From NCBI GenBank assembly GCA_050015075.1, contig JBEKCB010000003.1, positions 1 through 64,000 on the forward strand: 64,000 bases of DNA, in the 5' to 3' direction. A program made the position numbers and the translations under genes. Shown here piece after piece: positions 55,907-64,000 of the stretch. Within the stretch, counting starts at the first letter, position 1, and each line of letters starts with the position of its first letter. The stretch comes from Candidatus Brocadiia bacterium (lineage in GTDB: Bacteria > Planctomycetota > Brocadiia > CAIUPP01). The notes under the pieces are model-generated. The model was given only the letters and a program-made list of their open reading frames with translations. It was not told where the DNA came from and ran no database searches.

Positions 55907-57424
55907 ATGGCCGTGTCCTGGCTGCTTATGCTGCTGGTCTTGAACCCGTTGAACAGCCTGCTGAACCATCCGCCGCGCGATTTCGCCTCGCTGCTCGATC
56001 CGGCGGATGTCCTGCAGGCGATGAATGTCCAGACATCGGACGAAGCGCTCGCCGCCGTCCTCACCGCGCCCGCCGATCCGGCCGCCGGCGATCCCTACGT
56101 GAAGAAGCTGATGGCCATCCGCCTGCTCGAGCAGAACAAGTCGGCGAAGGGGCTGCCCGCGCTCGCGGCCATGGCGAAAGACGCCGACGTCACGCTGCGC
56201 GATGCGGCCCTCGACGCGATCGCGGCGATCAACAATAAACCCGGCCTCCGCCCGAACGGCGCGACGCTCCTGAAGGAACTCGCCCGGTCGGTCCCGGCCG
56301 ACGCCGGCTTCGTCGTCGCGCTCGACTTCGAGCGCGATTCGAAGGGCACGACCGCGCGCGCATTGCTGGAGAATGCCCTGAAGGAGATGGCGGCGAAGGC
56401 CGCGGCCAATCCCCCGGCGAACGCCAACGCGCCGGGCGACACCTCCGCCACGATGATGCAGCAGGTTCAGGCAGGCGTCACCGCAATGATCCCGCAAGCC
56501 GAGCAAGGGCTCGCCCAGGCGCTCGCCGCGACCGGCAACCTGCGCGTGGACGCGGCGATACTGATCCTGCCTCCCGAAATGGGCACGCATCCGAACGAGA
56601 ACTACCTGCGCTGCGTGGTCAAGGGCCTGTACGACCCCGCGCGCATCGCCAAGTTGCTGGAGAGCACCGGCGATTTCGAGAAGCGCGAAACCGCCGGACA
56701 CGCCGTCTATGCCAACAAGCAAGGCGAGATACAGTTCTGCATGCTCGACGGGAACACGTTCCTGATCGCCATCATGAACAAGTCCGACAAGGCCGGCGTC
56801 ATGGAGAATTTCATCGATGCGCTGACCGCCGCCCAGAAGGCGCCGCCGCAAAAGGCGCTGGCGGAGGCGTTCGACATGGTCACGGAGCGCCAGGCGCGGC
56901 TGGCGGTGGCCGGGACGTTCTCGCCGGCGCAGAAGAAAAGCTTCGCGGCCAGCCTCGTGCAGAATTTGAAGCCGACCAATCTCCAGCTCGGGCCGGGAGA
57001 GGAAATCGCGTTCACCGGCAGCCAGATGCTGCTGGGCATCGTCCAGGCCCAGGCCTACGCCGCCTCGCTCGACACGCAGGGAAAGCTCGCCATCCACGTC
57101 GTTTGCCCGGACGCGGCCGCCGCGACGGCGCTGAACGACTCGGCGGACAAGCTCCAGAAAACGCTCTTCGGCGTCGTCTCCAAGGAAGCCGCCGATGTGC
57201 CGCCGCCGTTCGCCATGGTCCTCCGCGACGTGACCAAGGAGGGCTCTCTGTGGAAGACCGAGATTACGGACACCACGGTGACGATCAAAGTGGATAACCT
57301 GTTGATACCCATCATGGGCATGACATTGAGCGGCGGCTTCCAGGCCCATCCGCCTGCGCCGCCGGAGAACGTGCCGCCGGCGGCCCCGGCCGCGCCCGTC
57401 ACGCCGGCCGAGCCGAAGAAGTGA
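55907..57424 (+). CDS. Hypothetical secreted protein with an N-terminal HEAT-like repeat
   Basis: AAGGAGG RBS; hydrophobic N-terminus; GLPALAAMAKDADVTLRDAALDAIAAI; Pro/Ala-rich tail. Confidence 0.75.
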   Translation: MAVSWLLMLLVLNPLNSLLNHPPRDFASLLDPADVLQAMNVQTSDEALAAVLTAPADPAAGDPYVKKLMAIRLLEQNKSAKGLPALAAMAKDADVTLRDAALDAIAAINNKPGLRPNGATLLKELARSVPADAGFVVALDFERDSKGTTARALLENALKEMAAKAAANPPANANAPGDTSATMMQQVQAGVTAMIPQAEQGLAQALAATGNLRVDAAILILPPEMGTHPNENYLRCVVKGLYDPARIAKLLESTGDFEKRETAGHAVYANKQGEIQFCMLDGNTFLIAIMNKSDKAGVMENFIDALTAAQKAPPQKALAEAFDMVTERQARLAVAGTFSPAQKKSFAASLVQNLKPTNLQLGPGEEIAFTGSQMLLGIVQAQAYAASLDTQGKLAIHVVCPDAAAATALNDSADKLQKTLFGVVSKEAADVPPPFAMVLRDVTKEGSLWKTEITDTTVTIKVDNLLIPIMGMTLSGGFQAHPPAPPENVPPAAPAAPVTPAEPKK

Positions 57425-57460
57425 CGCGCATCGCCGGACTGGAACGGTATCGGATTTTTC

Positions 57461-57612
57461 TTGACTGCGCCGGGAGCGTGGTGCATAATTGATTCGACGG
57501 TAAAGGGGCGGCCGGCACTTCGGGCGTCGGGCCTTGTCGAGCGTGTTCTGCGGCGGAGTCGGGCTTCGTGTCCGAGACACGGCAGGAACATGTCCGATGA
57601 GGCCCTTTTTTT
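57461..57612 (+). ncRNA. Candidate ~115-nt structured small RNA with its own promoter and U-tract end
   Basis: TTGACT (57461-66), 17 bp, CATAAT (57484-89); cUUCGg hairpin at ~57512-57530; long stem GGGCCTTGTCG..CGATGAGGCCC ending in T7. Confidence 0.45.
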
Positions 57613-57629
57613 CGGCGGGGCGTTCCTGA

Positions 57630-59150
57630 TCAGATTCCGGCGGCGGTCTTGGCGGCCCGCTCCATCTCCGCAGGCGTCAGGAACTGTGCCAGGAACAGGC
57701 TCGCGAGCGCCATCTGCCAGGGACCGAGCAGGAAAACCGCGACGGCGCCGAGCACCAGCGCGGCCCACGCGACGAACCGGCTTTTCTCGAGCCGCACGGC
57801 GCGGCCGGCGTTCCGCCTCCACCGCCGTACCGAACGCCACGCGCCGAAGATCAGGAGGGCCGCAACCGCCAGGTACGCGCAGAGGATGACGCAGACGTAG
57901 CCGATCAGCCGGCCGCCCTTCACCTCGGCGAAGCCGGGCAGCGGCTGGCGCGTGAAGATGAAGATCATCCCCGCCTCGCCCAGATACGGCGCGTCCGTGG
58001 CGTTCGAGAGGATGCGCGCGCCGGCGAGCGTGCCGTTCGGCAGCGGCCAACTCATGGCCAGCGCCTCCGCCGAAAGCGACCAGGCGTGGTCGAACCGCCC
58101 GTTCGTCCGCGCCGCGCCGATTCCGAACGCGCACGCCGCCGTGCCGTGGCCGGCGATCACCGGACCGGAATCCACGTCGAAGTACCAGTCGCCGTGCAGA
58201 TCTCCGCGCGGCCATTCGCGGAAGCCCACCGCCCACAGGCGATGCTGCCAGAAATGCTTCTCGTAGAGCGCGTACCATCCGCGCGCGACGTCGGGCCAGA
58301 CTTCCGCCCCGAACGTCGTCATGTACGAGTTGCTGCATCCGCGCGCCGGGCTGAGAGGCTGCCCGTCGTAAGAGAAGGCGAGATAGACCGGAAGCCCGGT
58401 CGCGGGGTCGAGCCGGTCGCCGCTGAACCCGCGCAGCGCGCGACTGCAGAACGCCGAATGGTCCGTGCCCAGGACGGCATCGGCGCGCTTGATCGCGGCG
58501 ATTGCGCCCACGACATCCGTCGGATAGCACTGGGCCGGGTAATCCTCCAGTAAGCCGGCGCGAGAGCGGTCAATCTCGGCGGAGAGCGTCTCGACCTGGT
58601 CGCGCAGCAGCGCCAGATGGCTCGTGCTGCCGGTCAGCTTCGCCTGGCTGGTGGCGGCGCAGATGACGAGCATGCGATAGAAGCAGTCCTCCTCGTGGAG
58701 ATATTTCGCTCCGTACTTCTTCTTGACCCAGCCGGCCTGTCCGGGATCCGTGACGAGGTCGGCGGCGGCGTCAATCGCCTCGCGCGCGTACACCTTCGGC
58801 GCGACGCCGGCGGGATGTTCTTCCCATTCTTTCTGTAGCGCCTCCGTGCCTAGGAGATAGAAGACCGAGCCGAACAGCGGCCATTCGGTGCCGGAGACGT
58901 CGGCCGAGCCGAGGCTTTCCGCGCGGCCGGAACTCATGCGTTCGCGCGCCCAGCGCGCATATTTCGGAGTCAGCGCGCGATGCCAGCGCCAGGCGCATTG
59001 CGGAATGCCCGGCCCGCGCAGCGCCGGATCGGCGAAGTCGAACAACAGCATGGCCACCGGCGCGGCGAAAAAGTACAGCGCCAGCGCCGCGATGATCGCG
59101 GCGTTGCCGTAAACGCACACGGTCGCCGGCCGAATCCGCGTCCCGCTCAC
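57630..59150 (-). CDS. Linalool dehydratase/isomerase-like membrane-anchored protein
   Basis: LLEDYPAQCYPTD, ARGCSNS, GFREWPRG and DVDSGPVI..G.AACAFG motifs; TM segments at both ends. Confidence 0.65.
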   Translation of the reverse strand: MSGTRIRPATVCVYGNAAIIAALALYFFAAPVAMLLFDFADPALRGPGIPQCAWRWHRALTPKYARWARERMSSGRAESLGSADVSGTEWPLFGSVFYLLGTEALQKEWEEHPAGVAPKVYAREAIDAAADLVTDPGQAGWVKKKYGAKYLHEEDCFYRMLVICAATSQAKLTGSTSHLALLRDQVETLSAEIDRSRAGLLEDYPAQCYPTDVVGAIAAIKRADAVLGTDHSAFCSRALRGFSGDRLDPATGLPVYLAFSYDGQPLSPARGCSNSYMTTFGAEVWPDVARGWYALYEKHFWQHRLWAVGFREWPRGDLHGDWYFDVDSGPVIAGHGTAACAFGIGAARTNGRFDHAWSLSAEALAMSWPLPNGTLAGARILSNATDAPYLGEAGMIFIFTRQPLPGFAEVKGGRLIGYVCVILCAYLAVAALLIFGAWRSVRRWRRNAGRAVRLEKSRFVAWAALVLGAVAVFLLGPWQMALASLFLAQFLTPAEMERAAKTAAGI

Positions 59151-59177
59151 AGCGTCCTCCGTCCGGTCACCCGGCTT

Positions 59178-60737
59178 TCATCGCGCGACATGAGACGCAG
59201 CCTTTCTACTCCGCGACCGAACTGGAGTCAAGGCGGCCTCGTCAGGCGTCGCGGCCATCGCTTCCTCCTCGGTATCCTGCGGCGGGCCCCAGAACTCGGA
59301 GAGCGTCGGGCCGTCCTTTCGGCGGCGGTCGCGGAAGAAGAAGTTCCGGACCTCGTAAGGCCACACCTTGCGCCCGATCCGATAGTACCAGCGGTGCGCG
59401 GCGCGGACCTCGCGGTCCGGATACGTCAGCAGCCTCCAGAGCGCGCGCGGGCGCAGTTGGGCGGCCGCCTCGATGAACTTCATCCACAGCATCACACGCC
59501 AAGGCGCCATGTGCCGCGTGGCGAGCACCTGGTGCTTGTAGTCCCAGAGGCGCGCGTCGGTCTGGATTACGCGCCGCGAGGACTCCAGCCGGTAATACGG
59601 CGTCCAGCGGTGCGGCGTCGCGAAGACCACTTGGATCTGGTCCGGATCGTACGAAATCAGCCGCCGCAGTCCGCGCAGGTAATCGCGGTCGGTCTCCTGC
59701 TCGAATCCGATCACCCAGGTGGCCAGCGAGAGAATCCCATGGCGACGGAGCAGTTGAATCGCCAGGCGGTCGGTCTCGGGCGAGGCCCCTTTGCGGATCA
59801 GGCGAAGAGTGTGCTCGTCGGTGTTCTCGATGCCGAGCAGCCAGCGCGCGACGCCGGCCTGCTTGTAGAGGTGGAGGATGTCCGCGTCGCGCACGATATC
59901 GCCGGCGCGCGTGGAGCCGACGAGCGTCACGCGGACCTTCTGGGCGATCAGCGCCTCGAGGAACGCGCGCCAGGCGGCGCGGTCGGCCGTCGGGTTCTCG
60001 TCGGCGAGATTGAAAACCTCCACTCCGTGTGCGCGATGGAGCCAGGCGATCTCGGCGGCGAACCGGCGCGGATCGCGATGCCGGTAGCGCGTCCAGAACC
60101 CGCGCTGGCCACAGTAGTTACAGCGATGCGGGCAGCCGCGCGAGAATTGTACGACCACGGCGCGGCGGTCGCCCCAATAGCTGTAACGGGCCGGGTCAAT
60201 CAGTTCCCATCCGATGCGGAATGCGTCGAGGTCGCAAATGACCGGCGCCGGCCGCGTGGCGCGCGGGACGCCGCCGATCCGGAACGCAATGCCGGGAATT
60301 CCATCGAGCGGCGCGCCGGTCTCGAGGGCGCGGATCACGCGCAGGACCGTCGCTTCGCCTTCGCCGCGGACGATGAGGTCAATCTGCGGCTCTCCGGCCA
60401 GCACTTCGCGCCAGTGGTAAGTCGGGAAGACTCCGCCATAGATGATGCGTGTCGCGGGCAGCACGCGGCGCAGCGCACGAGTGATCTCCGCCACCACCGG
60501 ATGCCCCGAGGTCGAGCCGGAGTGCCCCATAAGAATCGCCGACGGCGCGCAGGCGACGCATTGCGCCACGATCTCCGCCGTCGCCATCGGCCCGAACTCC
60601 GCGTCGAGCAGGCGCACGTCATGGCCTGCGTCAATCAACGGCCCGCCGATCGCGAGCAATCCCAGCGGCGGCAGATGCTCGTGAGGGATGCGGCTGCCGA
60701 TGGCCGGGTGCGGCGCGTTGATGAGCAGGATTCTCAT
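59178..60737 (-). CDS. bchE: Cobalamin-dependent radical SAM enzyme, BchE-like
   Basis: PPLGLLAIGG, GGVFPT, GEGE, SRGCPHRCNYCGQ (CxxxCxxC), LADENPT and WDYKHQV motifs. Function outside photosynthesis is uncertain. Confidence 0.8.
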   Translation of the reverse strand: MRILLINAPHPAIGSRIPHEHLPPLGLLAIGGPLIDAGHDVRLLDAEFGPMATAEIVAQCVACAPSAILMGHSGSTSGHPVVAEITRALRRVLPATRIIYGGVFPTYHWREVLAGEPQIDLIVRGEGEATVLRVIRALETGAPLDGIPGIAFRIGGVPRATRPAPVICDLDAFRIGWELIDPARYSYWGDRRAVVVQFSRGCPHRCNYCGQRGFWTRYRHRDPRRFAAEIAWLHRAHGVEVFNLADENPTADRAAWRAFLEALIAQKVRVTLVGSTRAGDIVRDADILHLYKQAGVARWLLGIENTDEHTLRLIRKGASPETDRLAIQLLRRHGILSLATWVIGFEQETDRDYLRGLRRLISYDPDQIQVVFATPHRWTPYYRLESSRRVIQTDARLWDYKHQVLATRHMAPWRVMLWMKFIEAAAQLRPRALWRLLTYPDREVRAAHRWYYRIGRKVWPYEVRNFFFRDRRRKDGPTLSEFWGPPQDTEEEAMAATPDEAALTPVRSRSRKAASHVAR

Positions 60738-60753
60738 GGTCGTACCCTCCTTT

Positions 60754-61566
60754 CTAAAAAGCGACGGAGAGAACCGACTGCATATCCGCTGCGGCGCGCA
60801 TCGCCGCCTCGTCGTCGGGCTGAGGCAGTCCGCCGAACCGGCGATTGCGTCGAAGGAAATCGGAGATGGCCTCGCGCAGATGTTCGCCGCCGAAGTCGGG
60901 CCATGCGACCGGCGTCACCCACAGTTCCGCATACGCCGCCTGCCAGAGCAGGAAGTTGCTCAGCCGCATCTCGCCGCCGGTCCGGATGATCAGGTCGAGC
61001 GGCGGCATGTCCGGCTGATACAGGCATGCGCCGAGCGTTTCCTCCTTGATCTCGTCGGCGGAAATGTGCCCCGCAACCGCGCGCCGGACGAGGTGTCGGC
61101 AGGCGTCCACGATTTCCGCCCGGCCGCCGTAATTCACTGCGAGACAGAGCGTTAGCGCATCGCCGCCGCACGTGGCCGCGATGGCCTGGCGCAGTTCGCT
61201 GCGGACCTCTTCGGGCAATCCGTCGAGCCGGCCGACCGCGCGGAGGCGGATGCCGTTGTCGCGCAGCTCCTTGCACTCGGCGCGGAGGAACCGGCGGATC
61301 AGCCGCCAGAGGAACCGCACCTCCGCCGCAGGCCTGCGCCAATTCTCCGTCGAGAAAGCGAACAGCGTCAGTTGCTCGATCCCGAGCCGCGCCGCCTCGC
61401 GGACTGTCCGCTTCACCGCCATGGCGCCCATATGGTGACCGATCAGCCGAGACCGCCCGCGTTCCTGCGCCCAGCGACCGTTGCCGTCCATGATGATCCC
61501 GACGTGGCGCGGCATCGGCGGAGCCGATACCGTCACTTCATCGAATGACTCGCAGTTGGGTTTCAT
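60754..61566 (-). CDS. uppS: Cis-isoprenyl diphosphate synthase (polyprenyl diphosphate synthase)
   Basis: PRHVGIIMDGNGRWA, FAFSTENWRRP, NYGGRAEI, IRTGGEMRLSNFLLWQ and RRFGG motifs. Confidence 0.95.
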   Translation of the reverse strand: MKPNCESFDEVTVSAPPMPRHVGIIMDGNGRWAQERGRSRLIGHHMGAMAVKRTVREAARLGIEQLTLFAFSTENWRRPAAEVRFLWRLIRRFLRAECKELRDNGIRLRAVGRLDGLPEEVRSELRQAIAATCGGDALTLCLAVNYGGRAEIVDACRHLVRRAVAGHISADEIKEETLGACLYQPDMPPLDLIIRTGGEMRLSNFLLWQAAYAELWVTPVAWPDFGGEHLREAISDFLRRNRRFGGLPQPDDEAAMRAAADMQSVLSVAF

Positions 61567-61829
61567 GAATGCCGCTCCGCGTCCTGCTCAGCCGGCCGCG
61601 CCGTGGCGAACGGGCAGGGCGATTGAGCAAAGGACTTTATCTGGCAAAGCCTGTGGGCAATAAAAAAAGTTCCCGCCGCCAGGAGCCCGCATCCGAGGCG
61701 CATCGGCAGCGCCATCAGCGCCAGGGGCGCCTTCGCGCACGAGCATGCTTCCTCCGCGTTCTGCGCCTTCATGAACTCCCTGGCGCCGTTCCGCAACCGG
61801 CACAGCGGGCATTCCACGTTCTCCGACAT
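61563..61829 (-). CDS. Small Cys-containing hypothetical protein
   Basis: GAAAGGAG RBS; CPLC near the N-terminus; ATGA overlap with uppS. Confidence 0.45.
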   Translation of the reverse strand: MSENVECPLCRLRNGAREFMKAQNAEEACSCAKAPLALMALPMRLGCGLLAAGTFFIAHRLCQIKSFAQSPCPFATARPAEQDAERHS

Positions 61830-61899
61830 CGTGCGCTCCTTTCGATCCTAAGAAACGGGACACTCACCTGAGCTACGCTGCGCGTCTGAGTCCGCCACA

Positions 61900-61977
61900 T
61901 CGTCCTCGTCCTCGTCGTCGTCCTCGTCGTCGAACCGCCGTTACGCAGGCCGAGGACAAGGACGACGACGAGGACGA
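61900..61977. repeat. (TCGTCC)n/(GGACGA)n REP-like inverted repeat
   Basis: TCGTCCTCGTCCTCGTCGTCGTCCTCG ... CGAGGACAAGGACGACGACGAGGACGA. Confidence 0.8.
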
Positions 61978-62032
61978 GTACGGAACGAGAGCATTCTTCT
62001 TTGATGCTGCACGGACGCTCGACATTCGAAGT

Positions 62033-62350
62033 TCATCCGTTCTTCCCTCTCTTCGGCGCCACGATGCTCTCCAGGTACGCGACATAGGCTTTAAACGCCG
62101 CCGTCCCCTTCGCGGTCAACGACATGGTCGTCTGCGGCTTGCGGCCGACGAACTGCTTTTCGATCCGGATATAGCCGGCCTCCTCGAGGACGCGCGCGTG
62201 CACGCTCAGGTTGCCGTCGGTCATGCCCAGAGTTCCCTTCAACTCGGAGAAGGTCATCGGTCCGGCCGCGGCGAGGCTCGACATGATGCCGAGCCGGGCG
62301 CGTTCGTGGATGAGATTGTCAATGCCTTCCGGTGACGGAATGGCGCTCAT
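62033..62350 (-). CDS. Winged-HTH transcriptional regulator (HTH_34 / MarR-ArsR-like)
   Basis: IHERARLGIMSSL..FSELK..TDGNLSVHARVLEEAGYI..FVGRKPQT. Confidence 0.92.
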   Translation of the reverse strand: MSAIPSPEGIDNLIHERARLGIMSSLAAAGPMTFSELKGTLGMTDGNLSVHARVLEEAGYIRIEKQFVGRKPQTTMSLTAKGTAAFKAYVAYLESIVAPKRGKNG

Positions 62351-62353
62351 CGC

Positions 62354-62965
62354 TCATTCCCCGAACCGCAGGATCAGGACGATTCCGAAGACCACGTGCG
62401 CCAGCCCGAACGTCAGCGCGACCATGGCCAGGGCCGCCGGCGCCGCCCAGAAGAGCGTCACAACGCCGGCCGCGAAGAACACGCCGCCGAGCATCCACGG
62501 CGCCCGGACGGAAAGAATGCCGGCCATCCAGAGAGCGACGCCGTAGAGCATCATCCAGGTCGGCGCGACCAGGCGCCACTGCGCGTTCTCGATCATCGTC
62601 ACGCTCAGGGCGGTCGCCGCCAGGAGCGCCGGGGCCATCGCATAGGCAGCCAGTTGCGCCAGCCGCGACCACGCGTCCACGCCGCGCTTGCGGGCCAGGC
62701 GCAGCGTCAGGAGGATGTTGACCCCGATCCCGGCGATGGCGATCAGCGCCCACATCGCGATCAGCGCGCGGCAGTCCTCGGGCAGCAGGTTCGCCATCTC
62801 GGCGAAGTCGAGCGAGCGCATTTTCCAGTAAGTCACGACGCATCCGATCAGCGCGAAGACGCCGCCGCAGACCGCCGCCCTGCCTGGGAGCGTCGTCATC
62901 CGCGTGGCGCTCTCCATGATGCGCCGGATCGTCGCCAGTTGTTCCACCGCCTCGTTCTCGTTCAT
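62354..62965 (-). CDS. Hypothetical membrane protein (~6 TM), typical partner of HTH_34 regulators
   Basis: AVEQLATIRRIME, WMMLYGVAL and FGLAHVVFG motifs; AAGGAGG RBS before ATG 62965. Confidence 0.8.
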   Translation of the reverse strand: MNENEAVEQLATIRRIMESATRMTTLPGRAAVCGGVFALIGCVVTYWKMRSLDFAEMANLLPEDCRALIAMWALIAIAGIGVNILLTLRLARKRGVDAWSRLAQLAAYAMAPALLAATALSVTMIENAQWRLVAPTWMMLYGVALWMAGILSVRAPWMLGGVFFAAGVVTLFWAAPAALAMVALTFGLAHVVFGIVLILRFGE

Positions 62966-63033
62966 TTCTACCTCCTTCGCGAGCGCCGGCAACCGGTCCA
63001 TTCCCTGAACACCCGCAGCCGGGCGGCCATGTC

Positions 63034-63078
63034 CTTTGCGCCGCAAAGAACTTTACACCATCGTCTCCCCGTTGTCAA
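63034..63078 (-). promoter_or_regulatory. Promoter and palindromic operator of the membrane protein-HTH-uppS operon
   Basis: Minus strand: TTGACA (63078-73), 17 bp, TAAAGT (63055-50). CTTTGCG-C-CGCAAAG at 63034-48. A similar CTTT-N7-AAAG lies at 61635-49, upstream of uppS. Confidence 0.7.
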
Positions 63079-63250
63079 GTGCTTTGACGAACTTTTTTCG
63101 GGGGGCTGCCCGCACACCAAACCTCGCAAGGGTTTGAACGAACCTCCGCCGGGCTTGCACGGTTCCCGCCGGCTCGGTAGCATGCTTGTCGCCGGGTGCC
63201 GAAGCATCAGGCCGAAGCGGATGGAGCTGGATGAAAGCAAGGAGTTCGTC

Positions 63251-63871
63251 ATGCGCCTGTTCATCGCCGCGGTATGGCTGACCTTGAGCGTCGGTTCACT
63301 TGCCGCCGAGATGGCGCCGGGATGGACCGGCGAGAAGCGCGACCTCAGTTCCGGCTCGTCGCGAGGTTCTGCGACGATCTCGGTGGACACGCAGAGCGTG
63401 ACGCTGGGCGAGCCGTTTTCGGCGGACATCCGCTTCCTCAACAGCGGCGGCGGCGAAGAGTTCTACAACCCGTTCTTCGGCGTCCAGACGCCGCTGCCGG
63501 CCCGGCTGGCGATCTTCAGCAGCGACCACAAGTACCTCGGCGACCTGATCGAGCGCGACGAGGCCTCGAGAAAAATGCTGAGCGTCGAGGACTGGACGTT
63601 CCTCCCGTCGCTCTGCTACGTCGGCTGCGTGCAGAGGCTCACGGCCGGCTACATCCCCGCCACGGCGGAGAGCGCCTCCCGAACGCTGCCGCCGGGCGAA
63701 TACTACGTGCAGGTGATCTATCTCAAGGGCTTCCTCGCGAAGAACCCGGCGCGGCTGGAGCGCCGGCCGCTGGAGGACGATGAGAAGCTGCTCCTGCGGT
63801 TCGAGAAGGAGTTCGACCGCGCGGAGCTGTTCCGGTCGAACGTGGTGAAGGTCCGGTTCACCGAGAAGTAG
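63251..63871 (+). CDS. Secreted hypothetical protein (Ig-like beta-sandwich likely)
   Basis: AAGGAG RBS; signal peptide; LPPGEYYVQV and RSNVVKVRF motifs. Confidence 0.7.
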   Translation: MRLFIAAVWLTLSVGSLAAEMAPGWTGEKRDLSSGSSRGSATISVDTQSVTLGEPFSADIRFLNSGGGEEFYNPFFGVQTPLPARLAIFSSDHKYLGDLIERDEASRKMLSVEDWTFLPSLCYVGCVQRLTAGYIPATAESASRTLPPGEYYVQVIYLKGFLAKNPARLERRPLEDDEKLLLRFEKEFDRAELFRSNVVKVRFTEK

Positions 63872-63877
63872 CGCCGC

Positions 63878-63917
63878 TTGACGTCTTCGCCTGCGTAATG
63901 TACACTCCATGTGTGCA
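63878..63917 (+). promoter_or_regulatory. Promoter with overlapping inverted repeat (probable TA operator)
   Basis: TTGACG, 17 bp, TACACT; TGTACAC-N5-GTGTGCA. Confidence 0.65.
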
Positions 63918-63940
63918 GTTCACCGGGAAGGAGACCGGCC

Positions 63941-64000
63941 ATGAAAGCCACGATTCTGGACCTCCGGCGGCGCATGGGCGAGATACTCAAGGCGCTCGAC
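63941..64000 (+). CDS. Phd/YefM-type antitoxin, 5' part (truncated by the window edge)
   Basis: MKATILDLRRRMGEILKALD; GGAG RBS; autoregulatory-type promoter. Confidence 0.65.
   Translation, partial: MKATILDLRRRMGEILKALD

Noticed and set aside
57496-57612. SRP (4.5S) or 6S RNA identity for the rod-like hairpin
   Set aside because: Lacks the SRP domain IV motif (CAGG..GGAA..AGCAG) and is too short, with no central bubble, for 6S.
59178-60737. Evidence for bacteriochlorophyll synthesis or phototrophy
   Set aside because: No other bch, puf or chelatase genes are in the window; BchE-like radical SAMs occur widely in non-phototrophs.

Overview
GC-rich bacterial chromosomal window, most likely Planctomycetota/PVC (inferred from prepilin/H-X9-DG proteins, TMTC-like TPR glycosyltransferases and a large BlaR1/M56 sensor). 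About 55 plausible genes; I see no rRNA, tRNA, CRISPR array, transposase or integrase. From left to right: (1) a PadR regulator embedded in a CTAG-bounded palindrome/REP/MITE-like repeat array, with inverted copies of the repeat at about 12.4-12.8 kb; (2) a serine hydrolase/GH-like/DUF362 operon divergent from blaI-blaR1(M56); (3) a C39 peptidase, two prepilin-type proteins and two TMTC-like GT-C/TPR proteins, converging on a Wzm/Wzt surface-glycan locus; (4) three paralogous secreted proteins with two UroD-like genes and an aldo-keto reductase; (5) a small-protein general-stress cluster; (6) a Tam41/Mmp37-like nucleotidyltransferase, ABC-F ATPase, dedA, a fused AmmeMemoRadiSam B-A gene and proA; (7) an MscS-ParB fusion; (8) a candidate structured sRNA; (9) a regulated uppS + B12-radical SAM + linalool-dehydratase-like operon; (10) the start of a Phd-type antitoxin. 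Best candidates for new biology are the isoprenoid-tailoring operon, the MscS-ParB fusion, the CTAG palindrome array, the bacterial Tam41 homolog and the orphan sRNA. All product calls come from motif recognition by eye; no database searches were run.
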